From Dehalococcoidia bacterium (GTDB taxonomy: Bacteria; Chloroflexota; Dehalococcoidia; DSTF01; RBG-16-68-14): a stretch of DNA of 33,162 bases. The stretch covers positions 1 through 33,162 of the forward strand of contig JBBEBM010000030.1 in assembly GCA_040882355.1 (NCBI GenBank), read 5' to 3'. How positions within the stretch are numbered: the stretch's first letter is position 1; each line of letters opens with the position of its first letter. This document shows positions 1 through 8,032 of this stretch, piece after piece. The position numbers were made by a program, and so were the translations under genes. The notes under the pieces were generated by a model. That model was not told the origin of the DNA, did no database searches, and saw only the letters and a program-made list of their open reading frames with translations.

Positions 1-63
1 CCCCCCCCCCCCCCCCGGCAGGGGCGCTGCGCCCCCTGCACCCCCGCCTTCAGCACGTGTTAG
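1..63 (+). repeat. Partial copy (right half) of MITE-like repeat family A
   Basis: ccggcaggggcgctgcgccccctgcaccccc...ttcagcacgtgttag matches the right half of the copies at 1965, 9109 and 25272; the leading poly-C is probably an artefact. Confidence 0.75.
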
Positions 64-80
64 GTTTGCCCGCCGAGCGC

Positions 81-106
81 GGACAGACCTGAAGGTCTGT
101 CCCTAC
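81..106. repeat. REP-like hairpin (gtaggg-type) downstream of the 149..1048 gene
   Basis: ggacagacct-gaa-ggtctgtcc inverted repeat ending in cctac. Confidence 0.55.
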
Positions 107-148
107 GGCCCTCCGCCACGGTCCCTTGTAGCTACGAGGCCTCGCCAG

Positions 149-1048
149 CTACGGCGTCTCACGAGCGGTCGCAGCCGTCTCCGCGTAGAGCCGCGACGAG
201 GCTTTCATGAAGCGGAGCAGCATGCGCATCTCGACGACGCGGCGACCGGTGGTTGGCTCGTCGGCCCAGGTGTCGAACCAGAGGTACTCGGTCTTAAGCG
301 ACTGGCCCGCCGCAAGCAGCGTGCCGCCCGCTCGATACGCCGTCTCCGCGAGCAATGGCCCGTTCACGTTGCGCAGCTCGATCGCGCCGTAGAGGCCGAT
401 CGCGCCGTCGCGCCGCTCGGCGAGGTAGGCGTAGGCGGGCTCGATGAGGGCGTTCACCTGATTGACGGTCGTCGGCACGATGCCGCCCCAGCGCGAGGCG
501 TCGCTGTACCAGGGCATCGGCTCGGTGATCACCTCCCGCCGCCGCTCGACCGCGTCCAGCTCGACGCTCGTCTCGACCACGGGGAAGTCGTCGCCCGCAG
601 TGGCGCCGACGAGGATGCGCAGCTCACCCGAGGGGAAGCGTTCCAGGTCGCGCGCTCGCAGGGCAGAGGGCTCCGCCGGCTCGCCGATCGACGCCGTGCC
701 CTCGCAGATGCGGGTGCCATCGGGGCGCTCGGCCCACGCCTCGACCTGGGCGTTGTCGGCGCCCTCCGGGGGCACGCCTATCACAGCCCGCACCTCCTCG
801 CCGTGGAGCGTGGGCGTGAGGAAGTAGAGCGAGAGCGCGCCGCGCTCCAGCCAGCGCTCGCCGAATGCGCGCACCAGCAGCGGCGCGAACTGCTCCATGT
901 GGATCGAGCCCGCCACCAGGCCGCCCCGGAAGCCGAGGCGCTGCGCGTCCTCGTCGCTATGAATGTTGCCGTGGGTGCCGCGCCCCTCGTTCGCGGGCGC
1001 GCGCAGCGGGCCGTAGTAGTAGCCGTCGCGGGTGGTGATGTCGGTCAT
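149..1048 (-). CDS. Double hotdog-fold (MaoC-like) hypothetical protein
   Basis: MaoC-like motif NIHSDEDAQRLGFRGGLVAG; GAGGAGG RBS upstream of ATG 1048. Confidence 0.6.
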   Translation of the reverse strand: MTDITTRDGYYYGPLRAPANEGRGTHGNIHSDEDAQRLGFRGGLVAGSIHMEQFAPLLVRAFGERWLERGALSLYFLTPTLHGEEVRAVIGVPPEGADNAQVEAWAERPDGTRICEGTASIGEPAEPSALRARDLERFPSGELRILVGATAGDDFPVVETSVELDAVERRREVITEPMPWYSDASRWGGIVPTTVNQVNALIEPAYAYLAERRDGAIGLYGAIELRNVNGPLLAETAYRAGGTLLAAGQSLKTEYLWFDTWADEPTTGRRVVEMRMLLRFMKASSRLYAETAATARETP

Positions 1049-1170
1049 CGTGGTGCCTCCTCGCAGTAACTGGGCCTCCGGCAGACCTGAAATCGGCAGC
1101 TATGTCGGTTGAACCTCGAAAGAACTCGCACACGTCATGCCATTCCGAGAACTCAGGTCCCCGGGGTCAT

Positions 1171-1338
1171 TCACCAGGCTGATGCCATGAATGCAAGGTC
1201 CCATGGTTCCATTGCATCGGAAATCGCGTCGAGATCCAGGAACGTTCCCAGCGCCCACAGCGTAAGCAGCGCCAGAACCAGGCCAATTAGGCACCATTGC
1301 CACCACTTCAAACCCGCTTCGGTTCCTGGTTCCGTCAT
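1171..1338 (-). CDS. Putative 55-aa single-TM protein (below the ORF-track cutoff)
   Basis: Hand translation MTEPGTEAGLKWWQWCLIGLVLALLTLWALGTFLDLDAISDAMEPWDLAFMASAW*; hydrophobic helix; lies in an AT-richer patch; no clear RBS. Confidence 0.3.
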   Translation of the reverse strand: MTEPGTEAGLKWWQWCLIGLVLALLTLWALGTFLDLDAISDAMEPWDLAFMASAW

Positions 1339-1412
1339 ATGACAGTCAAGTCAATAGACCCATCCGGATGAATGCCTGGCAACACTAGCTACGCGCCGAA
1401 GTCGACGCCGAC

Positions 1413-1910
1413 CTAACCGAAGCGTGCTACCTCCCTCTGGAGGTCGAGCGGTAGCACGACGGCCGCGCGTTCGTACTCGCCCCACTGATCGCGAGGCGCC
1501 ATCCACATCACCTCGAACTCGATGCCGTCGGGGTCGCGCCCGTAGAGCGACTTCGTCGCGCCGTGGTCGCTCATGCCGGTGAGCGCATCGAACTCCGTGA
1601 GGACGGCCGCAGCAGCGGCGAGGTCGTGGATCGACGGCACCTCCCAGGCGAGATGGTACAGGCCAACGGAGCCGCGTGGCGGCTGCGGCGCCTGGCCACC
1701 GACGGAGAACAGCGCAAGGTCGTGGTGGTTCGCCGAGCCGGCGGCGCGCATGAAGGCCATGGGGCCTTCACGCCCGATCTCCTCGAAGCCGAATGCGCGC
1801 CGGTAGAAGTCGAGGGAGCGCTCGATGTCGCGGACGTAGAGGACGGCGTGGTTCAAGCGCGCGACGGGGATCGCGCCCAGTCCTCCTGCGTTGCTCTCCG
1901 CTGACGTCAT
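1413..1910 (-). CDS. VOC/glyoxalase family protein (catechol 2,3-dioxygenase-like)
   Basis: LNHAVLYVRD, HHDLAL, GLYHLAW and SLYGRDPDGIEFE motifs. Confidence 0.85.
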   Translation of the reverse strand: MTSAESNAGGLGAIPVARLNHAVLYVRDIERSLDFYRRAFGFEEIGREGPMAFMRAAGSANHHDLALFSVGGQAPQPPRGSVGLYHLAWEVPSIHDLAAAAAVLTEFDALTGMSDHGATKSLYGRDPDGIEFEVMWMAPRDQWGEYERAAVVLPLDLQREVARFG

Positions 1911-1964
1911 TGCTACCTTCGCTCCCCGTCCGGCCGTACGGTTTTCGGGTCCGGGTCTCTTGGC

Positions 1965-2117
1965 CTACCAGGGTGCTGAACAAACCCCAGAACCAATGTC
2001 ATTCGTTCCCACCCGCCCGCCCAGAGATGTTTGGGTGAATCTTGGGGGGACACCCCCCAAGGCTCCCCGGCAGGGGGCAGCTCCCCCTGCACGCCCGCTT
2101 TTGCAGCATCCCGCTAG
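1965..2117 (+). repeat. MITE-like repeat family A copy
   Basis: Ends ccagggtgctgaa / ttgcagcatcccgctag; internal cccacccgcccgccca and ggggcacccccc...ggcaggggg...ccccctgcac; right end overlaps the stop codon at 2114. Confidence 0.75.
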
Positions 2118-2947
2118 CCGCCCATGAACTTCGCTTCGCGCTTCTCGATGAAGGCGCGGACGGCCTCACGCGAGTCGTTGCTCATGCCGGAGAGGCGCAT
2201 GTTGAGCGCCTCGTGGTCCATCAGCGTCTTCAGGTCGGCGTGCGCGGCCAAGTTGAGGTTCTCCTTCATGCGCGCGTACGTCCGCGTCGGGCCGGCGGCG
2301 AGCTTCGTCGCGAGGGCCATCGTCTCGGCCTCGAGGTTGTCGTGCGGCACCACGCGGTTCACCATGCCGAGCCGCAGCGCTTCCTGCGCTTCGATGATCT
2401 CGGCGGTGAAGTAGAGCTCGCGCGCCTTGCCCGCGCCGATCAGCCGCTGCAGATAGTACGAGCCGCCGTAGTCGCCGCTGAGGCCGACGTTGCGAAACGC
2501 GGTACCGAACTTCGCTTGCTCGGACGCGACGCGCAAGTCAGCGGCGAGGGCGAGGCTCAGCCCCGCGCCGACCGCGTAGCCGTTCACCATCGCGATGGTC
2601 GGCTTGGGCATCGTGTGGAGGGCGTAGCTCGTCTGCAACTGCGACTCGCGCAGGCCGCGGACGGCGTCGTCCATCATGCCGATCATCGAGACCTGGGCCT
2701 CGCCGCCGTTCTCCTTGGGCGGCGCGGGGCGCTGGCCCATGCCCTTGACGTCGCCGCCGGCGCAGAAGCCGCGGCCATTGCCGGTGAGGACGACGCAGCG
2801 CACGTCGTTGTCGCGCGACGCCTCGCCGAGGTATTTAGCGAGCAGCGGCATCAGCATGCCGCCCATCGCGTTCAGGCTGTCAGGCCGGTTCAGGGTGATC
2901 ACGGCGACGCCGTCGGGTCGCTTCTCGTAGAGGACGTCATCGGGCAT
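2114..2947 (-). CDS. Enoyl-CoA hydratase/isomerase (crotonase) family protein, PaaG-like
   Basis: ITLNRPDSLNA, FCAGGDV, KPTIAMVNGYAVGAG, GLSGDYGG and AFIEKREAKF motifs; GGAGGT RBS. Confidence 0.92.
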   Translation of the reverse strand: MPDDVLYEKRPDGVAVITLNRPDSLNAMGGMLMPLLAKYLGEASRDNDVRCVVLTGNGRGFCAGGDVKGMGQRPAPPKENGGEAQVSMIGMMDDAVRGLRESQLQTSYALHTMPKPTIAMVNGYAVGAGLSLALAADLRVASEQAKFGTAFRNVGLSGDYGGSYYLQRLIGAGKARELYFTAEIIEAQEALRLGMVNRVVPHDNLEAETMALATKLAAGPTRTYARMKENLNLAAHADLKTLMDHEALNMRLSGMSNDSREAVRAFIEKREAKFMGG

Positions 2948-3039
2948 GGAAACACCTCCGCTGCTATCGATATCAGCGTTCGGAGTCTACATCAGGGAGG
3001 GCGAGGGCGGCAACGGGAGGGGCGGCGGGTGCGCGCGGC

Positions 3040-3717
3040 TTAGGTGACCGGAGCAGCCAATCGAGCCTCTTCAAGATATGGCGTCGCGAACTGGACAACC
3101 GCTTCGGGACTCTCGACAAAGAGCGCAACGATCCTCAAGCCGGTCGGAATTCCCATCTGCCGTGTGTCCAGTTCGTCCTTGAAGAGTCCCACGTTGAAGT
3201 GGGGTGACCTCTTCAATCTGATGAGGACGATGGGGTAGTCCTGGTCCGCCCCGAGCAGACGGGCCAACCGTGCATTCCACTTGCCGACGTCCGCCAGCGT
3301 GCCTACCCGAAAGTCGGCGATGTGCTGCCAGTGGTACCGAGCTGTCGCTGAACTGGAACGAACGACGACGCAATCCGGCCGCAGCTCGATAGTCCCGCTT
3401 TCCATGGAGCGGAACCGCCAGGCCATCACCGGCAGCAGCAAAACGCAAGTGATCAGGACGGCCTCGAACAGGCGACGGTCGACGACGCCCGCGAGTAGAA
3501 GGGCAAGCGTGATGAGAGGCCCAAGGATCGCTGCGGCAAGAAGGAGGCGCGTCATCCCCTGAACGAGGGGGTTGTTTCCGACGCGCTGGAACTCGATCCC
3601 CGGTGCATCGCTGTTCGCGCGCTGCTGCTGGGCACGCGCCTTGGCCTTCAGCCACCAAAAGGCCCGCACCAACCCGAATCCGACCAGCACGGTCGCCCAG
3701 ATGACCAATTCGCCCAT
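3040..3717 (-). CDS. Hypothetical membrane protein (about 3 TM plus a soluble PH-like C-terminal region)
   Basis: Three hydrophobic segments; GGAGGAG RBS; codon usage less GC-biased than neighbours. Confidence 0.6.
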   Translation of the reverse strand: MGELVIWATVLVGFGLVRAFWWLKAKARAQQQRANSDAPGIEFQRVGNNPLVQGMTRLLLAAAILGPLITLALLLAGVVDRRLFEAVLITCVLLLPVMAWRFRSMESGTIELRPDCVVVRSSSATARYHWQHIADFRVGTLADVGKWNARLARLLGADQDYPIVLIRLKRSPHFNVGLFKDELDTRQMGIPTGLRIVALFVESPEAVVQFATPYLEEARLAAPVT

Positions 3718-3826
3718 GAGAGAAGCTCCTCCCAGTCAGTATCGACTCGGGAAGGCGCGGAGAGGAGCAATGTCGGGCGGGATGCCAGGCTGAAGCCTGG
3801 CCTTAGGAATAGGAGAGGGCAGGGAA

Positions 3827-4528
3827 TTACGCGGCGGCGGCCGCCTCGGGCGCGCCCTCGACCGCGGGCGGCGCCGGCTTCGGCTCGCGCTTGGCGGCGC
3901 GCTCGGCTCGCTTCGAGGCGAGGATGCGGAAGAAGGTGAAGAAGAGCACGGTGAGCCCGGACGAGAGGTAGCTGAGCTGCGCCCACTGCTCGCCCGAGTC
4001 GGTGCCTGCGAGGATGCCGTGCACCATCGCGAGTACGAACAGCCCGAAGGTCGAATAGTGGAGCCAGCGCCACGCCTGCTGGCCGATGTAGCGTTTCAGG
4101 TAGAAGCTGGCCGAGACGATGAACGAGCCGTAGAGCGCAATCGCGCCGATGGCGACGGCGACAGGCCGGTACGTGGAGGCGAACGGCACAAGCAGCTCGG
4201 CCAGGCTGAACTGCGCGTACGGGTCGGGCAGCATGATGAGCGCATGGAACGACATCGCGATCAGGACGTAGAGCGACAGGAACTGGTGCATCTCGTACAC
4301 CCAGGGCCGCACGAGCCAGCCATCGAAGACGCGCGAGCTGACGGCGAGGCCGAGCACGACCGAGGCGAGCAGCAGCCAGTAGGCGGCGAACCCGCTGGAC
4401 CGGCCCATGTACCAGTAGATGTGCTGGGAGCCGGTGTCAGGCAGATGCGCGGGCAGCGACGTGCCCAACGCGATCAGCCCGCCCAGCACGGCGGCGAGCA
4501 CCCACGGCAACAGGCGAACGACTCTCAT
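3827..4528 (-). CDS. Ferric reductase-like transmembrane (MsrQ-like, heme b) protein
   Basis: RSSGFAAY, YEMHQFLS, SFHAL, WRWLHY and MVHGILAGTD: four His in TM helices; AGAGGA RBS. Confidence 0.85.
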   Translation of the reverse strand: MRVVRLLPWVLAAVLGGLIALGTSLPAHLPDTGSQHIYWYMGRSSGFAAYWLLLASVVLGLAVSSRVFDGWLVRPWVYEMHQFLSLYVLIAMSFHALIMLPDPYAQFSLAELLVPFASTYRPVAVAIGAIALYGSFIVSASFYLKRYIGQQAWRWLHYSTFGLFVLAMVHGILAGTDSGEQWAQLSYLSSGLTVLFFTFFRILASKRAERAAKREPKPAPPAVEGAPEAAAAA

Positions 4529-4537
4529 CTCGTTCCT

Positions 4538-4945
4538 CTATGACGCTCCGGTGCTCGTCACGGGCGCGGGCACCGGCTGCGCTACTTCCGCTGGCGCTTG
4601 CGGCGCGGGCGCTTGTGGCTGAGGCGGCGGCGCCGCGGCCACCGGCGCTTGCGGGGCTGGCGCGCTCGATCCGGCTGAGGGCGAATCAGCGGCAACCGGA
4701 CGGGCGCCGCCGTCACCCGATGTCGACACGTGAATCCGCCGGACGACGGTTGTCTGGCGGATGATGACGGGTGGCGGAGACGTGGGTGAGGGCGCAGCAA
4801 CGACCGGCGCGGCCGGCAAGGGCGCAGGCTGCGCGGTCGCGCCACCACTCCAGCCCAGCGCCTCGACGAGGCTCCAGAGAGCAACGAAGACCACGATGCT
4901 GACGCCGATAACCGTCAACTTGCTGAGCGCGAACTTGGTAATCAT
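4538..4945 (-). CDS. Membrane-anchored Pro/Ala-rich protein with C-terminal TGAS, a putative ApbE flavinylation substrate
   Basis: N-terminal hydrophobic helix, low-complexity linker, ends PAPVTSTGAS-stop; lies in an operon between apbE and the ferric reductase. Confidence 0.65.
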   Translation of the reverse strand: MITKFALSKLTVIGVSIVVFVALWSLVEALGWSGGATAQPAPLPAAPVVAAPSPTSPPPVIIRQTTVVRRIHVSTSGDGGARPVAADSPSAGSSAPAPQAPVAAAPPPQPQAPAPQAPAEVAQPVPAPVTSTGAS

Positions 4946-4954
4946 GGGCTGCCC

Positions 4955-5575
4955 CTAGTCGTCCTCGTGGTCTCCACCGTGCACCTCGATCTCGTTCGCG
5001 AGCCAGACGCCGCCAGGGATAGACTGCGCGTGCACGCTCACGACGGCGCCGACGACCAGCGCGCCGCCGTGGACCTCAGTGTCTGCCGTCACCGTCATCG
5101 GGAACTCGCCATGCTCGCCGACGACGATGAAGTGGTTCTCTGACGCGGAGACGATCGATCCCTCGAACTCGGCCTGCTGGCTGTGGAAGCCGTCGTCGAC
5201 GGCCGTTGGCGTATTGTCAGCACTGGCCGGGGTCGCTGGCGGCTGGCTGGGCGGCGCGCCGCTGCCCGCGGTCGCGGCGGGTGGCGGCGCATTCGTGTGG
5301 CGCGACGAACTGCTCGCGCCGCCGTCGTCGTTGCTGGACTGGCCGGGCAGGTACTCGTCGCGGTAGACCACACGTTCGATCACGATCGGTGTAGGGGTCG
5401 GGGCGGCCGTAGGGGGCAGGGTCGGTGGCGGCACGGGCGCTTCCGCGGCGGCCTGCGGCGCGCCATCGTCCGAGCTCGAGCCGAACAGCCCTGCCTCCTT
5501 CCCCGCCGCGACGATCGCGAAACCAACAATGACGGTCAATCCCAACGATACCGCTAGTGATGCTCTCCGTTTCAC
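4955..5575 (-). CDS. Membrane-anchored protein with Pro-rich linker and C-terminal DUF5666-like domain
   Basis: Start reassigned to GTG 5575 (GGAGG RBS, GTGA overlap with the apbE stop); C-terminal EFEGSIVS...VTADTEVHGG.LVVGAVVSV...WLANEIEV resembles DUF5666. Confidence 0.7.
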   Translation of the reverse strand: MKRRASLAVSLGLTVIVGFAIVAAGKEAGLFGSSSDDGAPQAAAEAPVPPPTLPPTAAPTPTPIVIERVVYRDEYLPGQSSNDDGGASSSSRHTNAPPPAATAGSGAPPSQPPATPASADNTPTAVDDGFHSQQAEFEGSIVSASENHFIVVGEHGEFPMTVTADTEVHGGALVVGAVVSVHAQSIPGGVWLANEIEVHGGDHEDD

Positions 5576-6537
5576 GATAACCCTCCAGGCCAGTGTTCCG
5601 TCGTCTCCCACGTGCGATCACCAAGTACGAATAGTCCACCTGCGCCCTGGTCGGACAAGAAGCGCTCGCCTGCCTCGCGCCCGAGCAGGAGCGCCACCTT
5701 GGCGAAGACATCCGCCTGCACGGCGCTTGGCGCGACGACCGACACCGAGATGACGTCGTTCTCCACGGGCTCGCCAGTTCGCGGATCGATCAGGTGGTGC
5801 AGCCAGCGCCCCTCCCGCTGCCAGCGCCGTCGCGCGACCGTCGACGTTGCGAGCGCCTGGTTGTGCAGGCGGACGGTCGTGAGGTCCTCGCCCGCGCGCT
5901 GCGGGTCGGAGACGCCGACGAGCCATCCCTCGCCGTCCGGCCCGTAGCCCGAGGCGAAGATGTCGCCGCCAGCGTCGACGAGGTAGTGGACGGCGGGGGT
6001 AAGGGCGCGCGCTGCCTCATCGACGGCCCAGCCCTTGCCGATGCCGCCCAAATCGATGCGCAGGCCGGCAGGGACGCGCACGGTGCTGTGTTCGGCGTCA
6101 AGGCACGCGTCCGCAATCGAGCCTCGGATCGTCGGTCCGAGCGATGGACCGCCCGCCGCCGAGGCCGGCACCTGCTCGAACGAGCGATCGTACCCAGCGG
6201 CCTCCAGGCTGGGCAGGACGGCCGGCTCGAAAAGGCCGCCGGAGATCTCGTGGTAGCGCTCGCTTAGCTTCAGCAGGCGAAAGAGCTCCGGCGAGACGGC
6301 GACCTCCTCGCCGGCACGCGCGTTGAGCCGCGAGAGCTCGCTATCTGGCCGGAAACGGCTGAAGCGCGCCTCGATCTCGTGGAAGACGGCTTCGGCGGCC
6401 TGGAGCAGCTCCGGGCCCGGCCAGTCGCCCGTGAATAGCGTGACGTCCGTATTCATCGCGCGGAACGGCCAGCGGCCCATCAACACTGGCTGATAGGCGG
6501 GCTCCGAGACTGAGCCAGGGCTTCTCCGAATGCTCAC
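5572..6537 (-). CDS. apbE: FAD:protein FMN transferase (ApbE family)
   Basis: FRAMNT, FSRFRPDSELSRLN, IDLGGIGKGWAVD, VDAGGDI, ALATS, HHLIDPRTG and ADVFAK motifs; exact start uncertain (6537 or 6480). Confidence 0.93.
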   Translation of the reverse strand: MSIRRSPGSVSEPAYQPVLMGRWPFRAMNTDVTLFTGDWPGPELLQAAEAVFHEIEARFSRFRPDSELSRLNARAGEEVAVSPELFRLLKLSERYHEISGGLFEPAVLPSLEAAGYDRSFEQVPASAAGGPSLGPTIRGSIADACLDAEHSTVRVPAGLRIDLGGIGKGWAVDEAARALTPAVHYLVDAGGDIFASGYGPDGEGWLVGVSDPQRAGEDLTTVRLHNQALATSTVARRRWQREGRWLHHLIDPRTGEPVENDVISVSVVAPSAVQADVFAKVALLLGREAGERFLSDQGAGGLFVLGDRTWETTEHWPGGLS

Positions 6538-6714
6538 AACAGTGCAATCGATCTAGCGCGGAGGAAGGTTACGTCAAGAGCCTAGGAGATCGGCAGGTTT
6601 TTTTCAATGGGCAGGAAGCGCAGGCACCAGCGCAAGCGGGTTGGATGCACCATCTAGCCAAGCCACCTCGACACCGGCGCCTGCGCGCACGGGCGCTCGG
6701 AGAGACTCGCGCCG

Positions 6715-7111
6715 TTACATGCCGGGCGCCTGGCACCGGGCGACGCGCCACCGCTCGGGCCCTTCGCTTCGCTCAAGGGCAGGCTGCTCGGCCGTTGCGC
6801 ACCACCCCCTCCCGCGCCCTTCGACAGGCTCAGGCCTGGCCCTCTCCCCCCTCCGGCGGGCAGGCGCCACGCGGGAGAGGGAGCACTGCTGTGAGGGCCA
6901 CGCCTCCGCGATTACGTCCCAGGCGCCTGGCGCGGCGCGACACGCCACAGATCCGGCCCTTCGCTTCGCTCAAGGGCAGGCTCCTCAGCCGTTGCGCACC
7001 ACCCTCTCCCTCGCCCTTCGACAGGATCAGGGCTGGCCCTCTCCCGCTCCTCCGGCGGGCAGGCGCCACGCGGGAGAGGGAGCACTGCTGTGAGGGCCGC
7101 GCCCTCCGGGC
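6715..7111. repeat. Two tandem ~200-bp units (6715-6911, 6912-7111), each a relic of the SDR 3' end plus nested REP-like elements
   Basis: Units align with each other and with 7112-7176; they contain cccttcgcttcgctcaagggcaggc, cccttcgacagg.tcagg and a ccctctccc...gggagaggg hairpin. Confidence 0.85.
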
Positions 7112-7903
7112 TTACGTCCCGGGCACCTGGCGCGGGGCGACGCGCCATAGCTCCGGAGGGACGCCGTTGCGCACCATCAGGGCCCTTCCGGCCAGCGAGT
7201 CGTCCTTGATCAGCGAGACGACGGCGTCGGCGATCTCTTCCGGCGCGAGGATGGGCAGCGACGCCAGGCGGCTCGCGGTGGCCGAGCGCTCTTCGGCCGA
7301 GACGGCGTCGCTCGCCTGGCGGAGCATCGGGGTGTCGACGACACCTGGGCAGACGCAGTTCACGCGGATATTCGCCTCGGTCGCGAGCGGCGCCATCGAC
7401 GAGGTGAAGAGGACAACGCCGCCCTTGCTCGCAGCGTAGACGGGGTTGGGTGGAAAGCCGACGCCGATACCCGCCATCGACGCCGTGTTGACGATCGCGC
7501 CGCCGCCGCGCTTGCGCATCGCCTGGATGCCGTACTGCGTGCCGAGGATCACGCCGCGCAGGTTGATGTCGAGCATGCGCGACCAGGCCTCGGCGTCGCC
7601 TTCGGGGTAGCGCGGCTCGCGGGTGATGATGCCGGCGTTATTGTGGAGGATGTCCAGCCCGCCGAACGTCTCCCCCGCGAAGGCGACCATCGCCCTCACG
7701 TCGGCCTCGTTCGTGACGTCGGCGCGCACGAACGCCGCGCGAGCACCTGACGATTCGATCTGCGCCACGGTCTCGCGGCCGCCCCCCTCGTTCATGTCGA
7801 CGACGACGACAGCGGCACCCTCTGTCGCTAGCCGCAGCGCGGACGCGCGGCCGATGCCTGACCCAGCGCCCGTCACGAGCGCGACTTTGTTGGTGATATC
7901 CAT
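7112..7903 (-). CDS. Short-chain dehydrogenase/reductase (SDR)
   Basis: TGAGSGIG, NNAG, YAASK and VCPGVVDT motifs; start reassigned to ATG 7903 behind a GAAAGGA RBS. Confidence 0.93.
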   Translation of the reverse strand: MDITNKVALVTGAGSGIGRASALRLATEGAAVVVVDMNEGGGRETVAQIESSGARAAFVRADVTNEADVRAMVAFAGETFGGLDILHNNAGIITREPRYPEGDAEAWSRMLDINLRGVILGTQYGIQAMRKRGGGAIVNTASMAGIGVGFPPNPVYAASKGGVVLFTSSMAPLATEANIRVNCVCPGVVDTPMLRQASDAVSAEERSATASRLASLPILAPEEIADAVVSLIKDDSLAGRALMVRNGVPPELWRVAPRQVPGT

Positions 7904-8032
7904 CCGGTACGTTCCTTTCGTGCGCGGGTCCATCCTCGAAGGACTTATCTTATCTGAAATAGGGCGGCCACTCCTAAGCCACGCTGTCGCCAAGACGCGC
8001 GACACCCCGCCACGGGCCGGCCGCGGTCAAGG

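Noticed and set aside
6715..7176. CRISPR array or attenuator-like repeat
   Set aside because: Units are ~200 bp and similar along their whole length, with no unique spacers and no cas genes; they are explained as gene-end relics plus REP elements.
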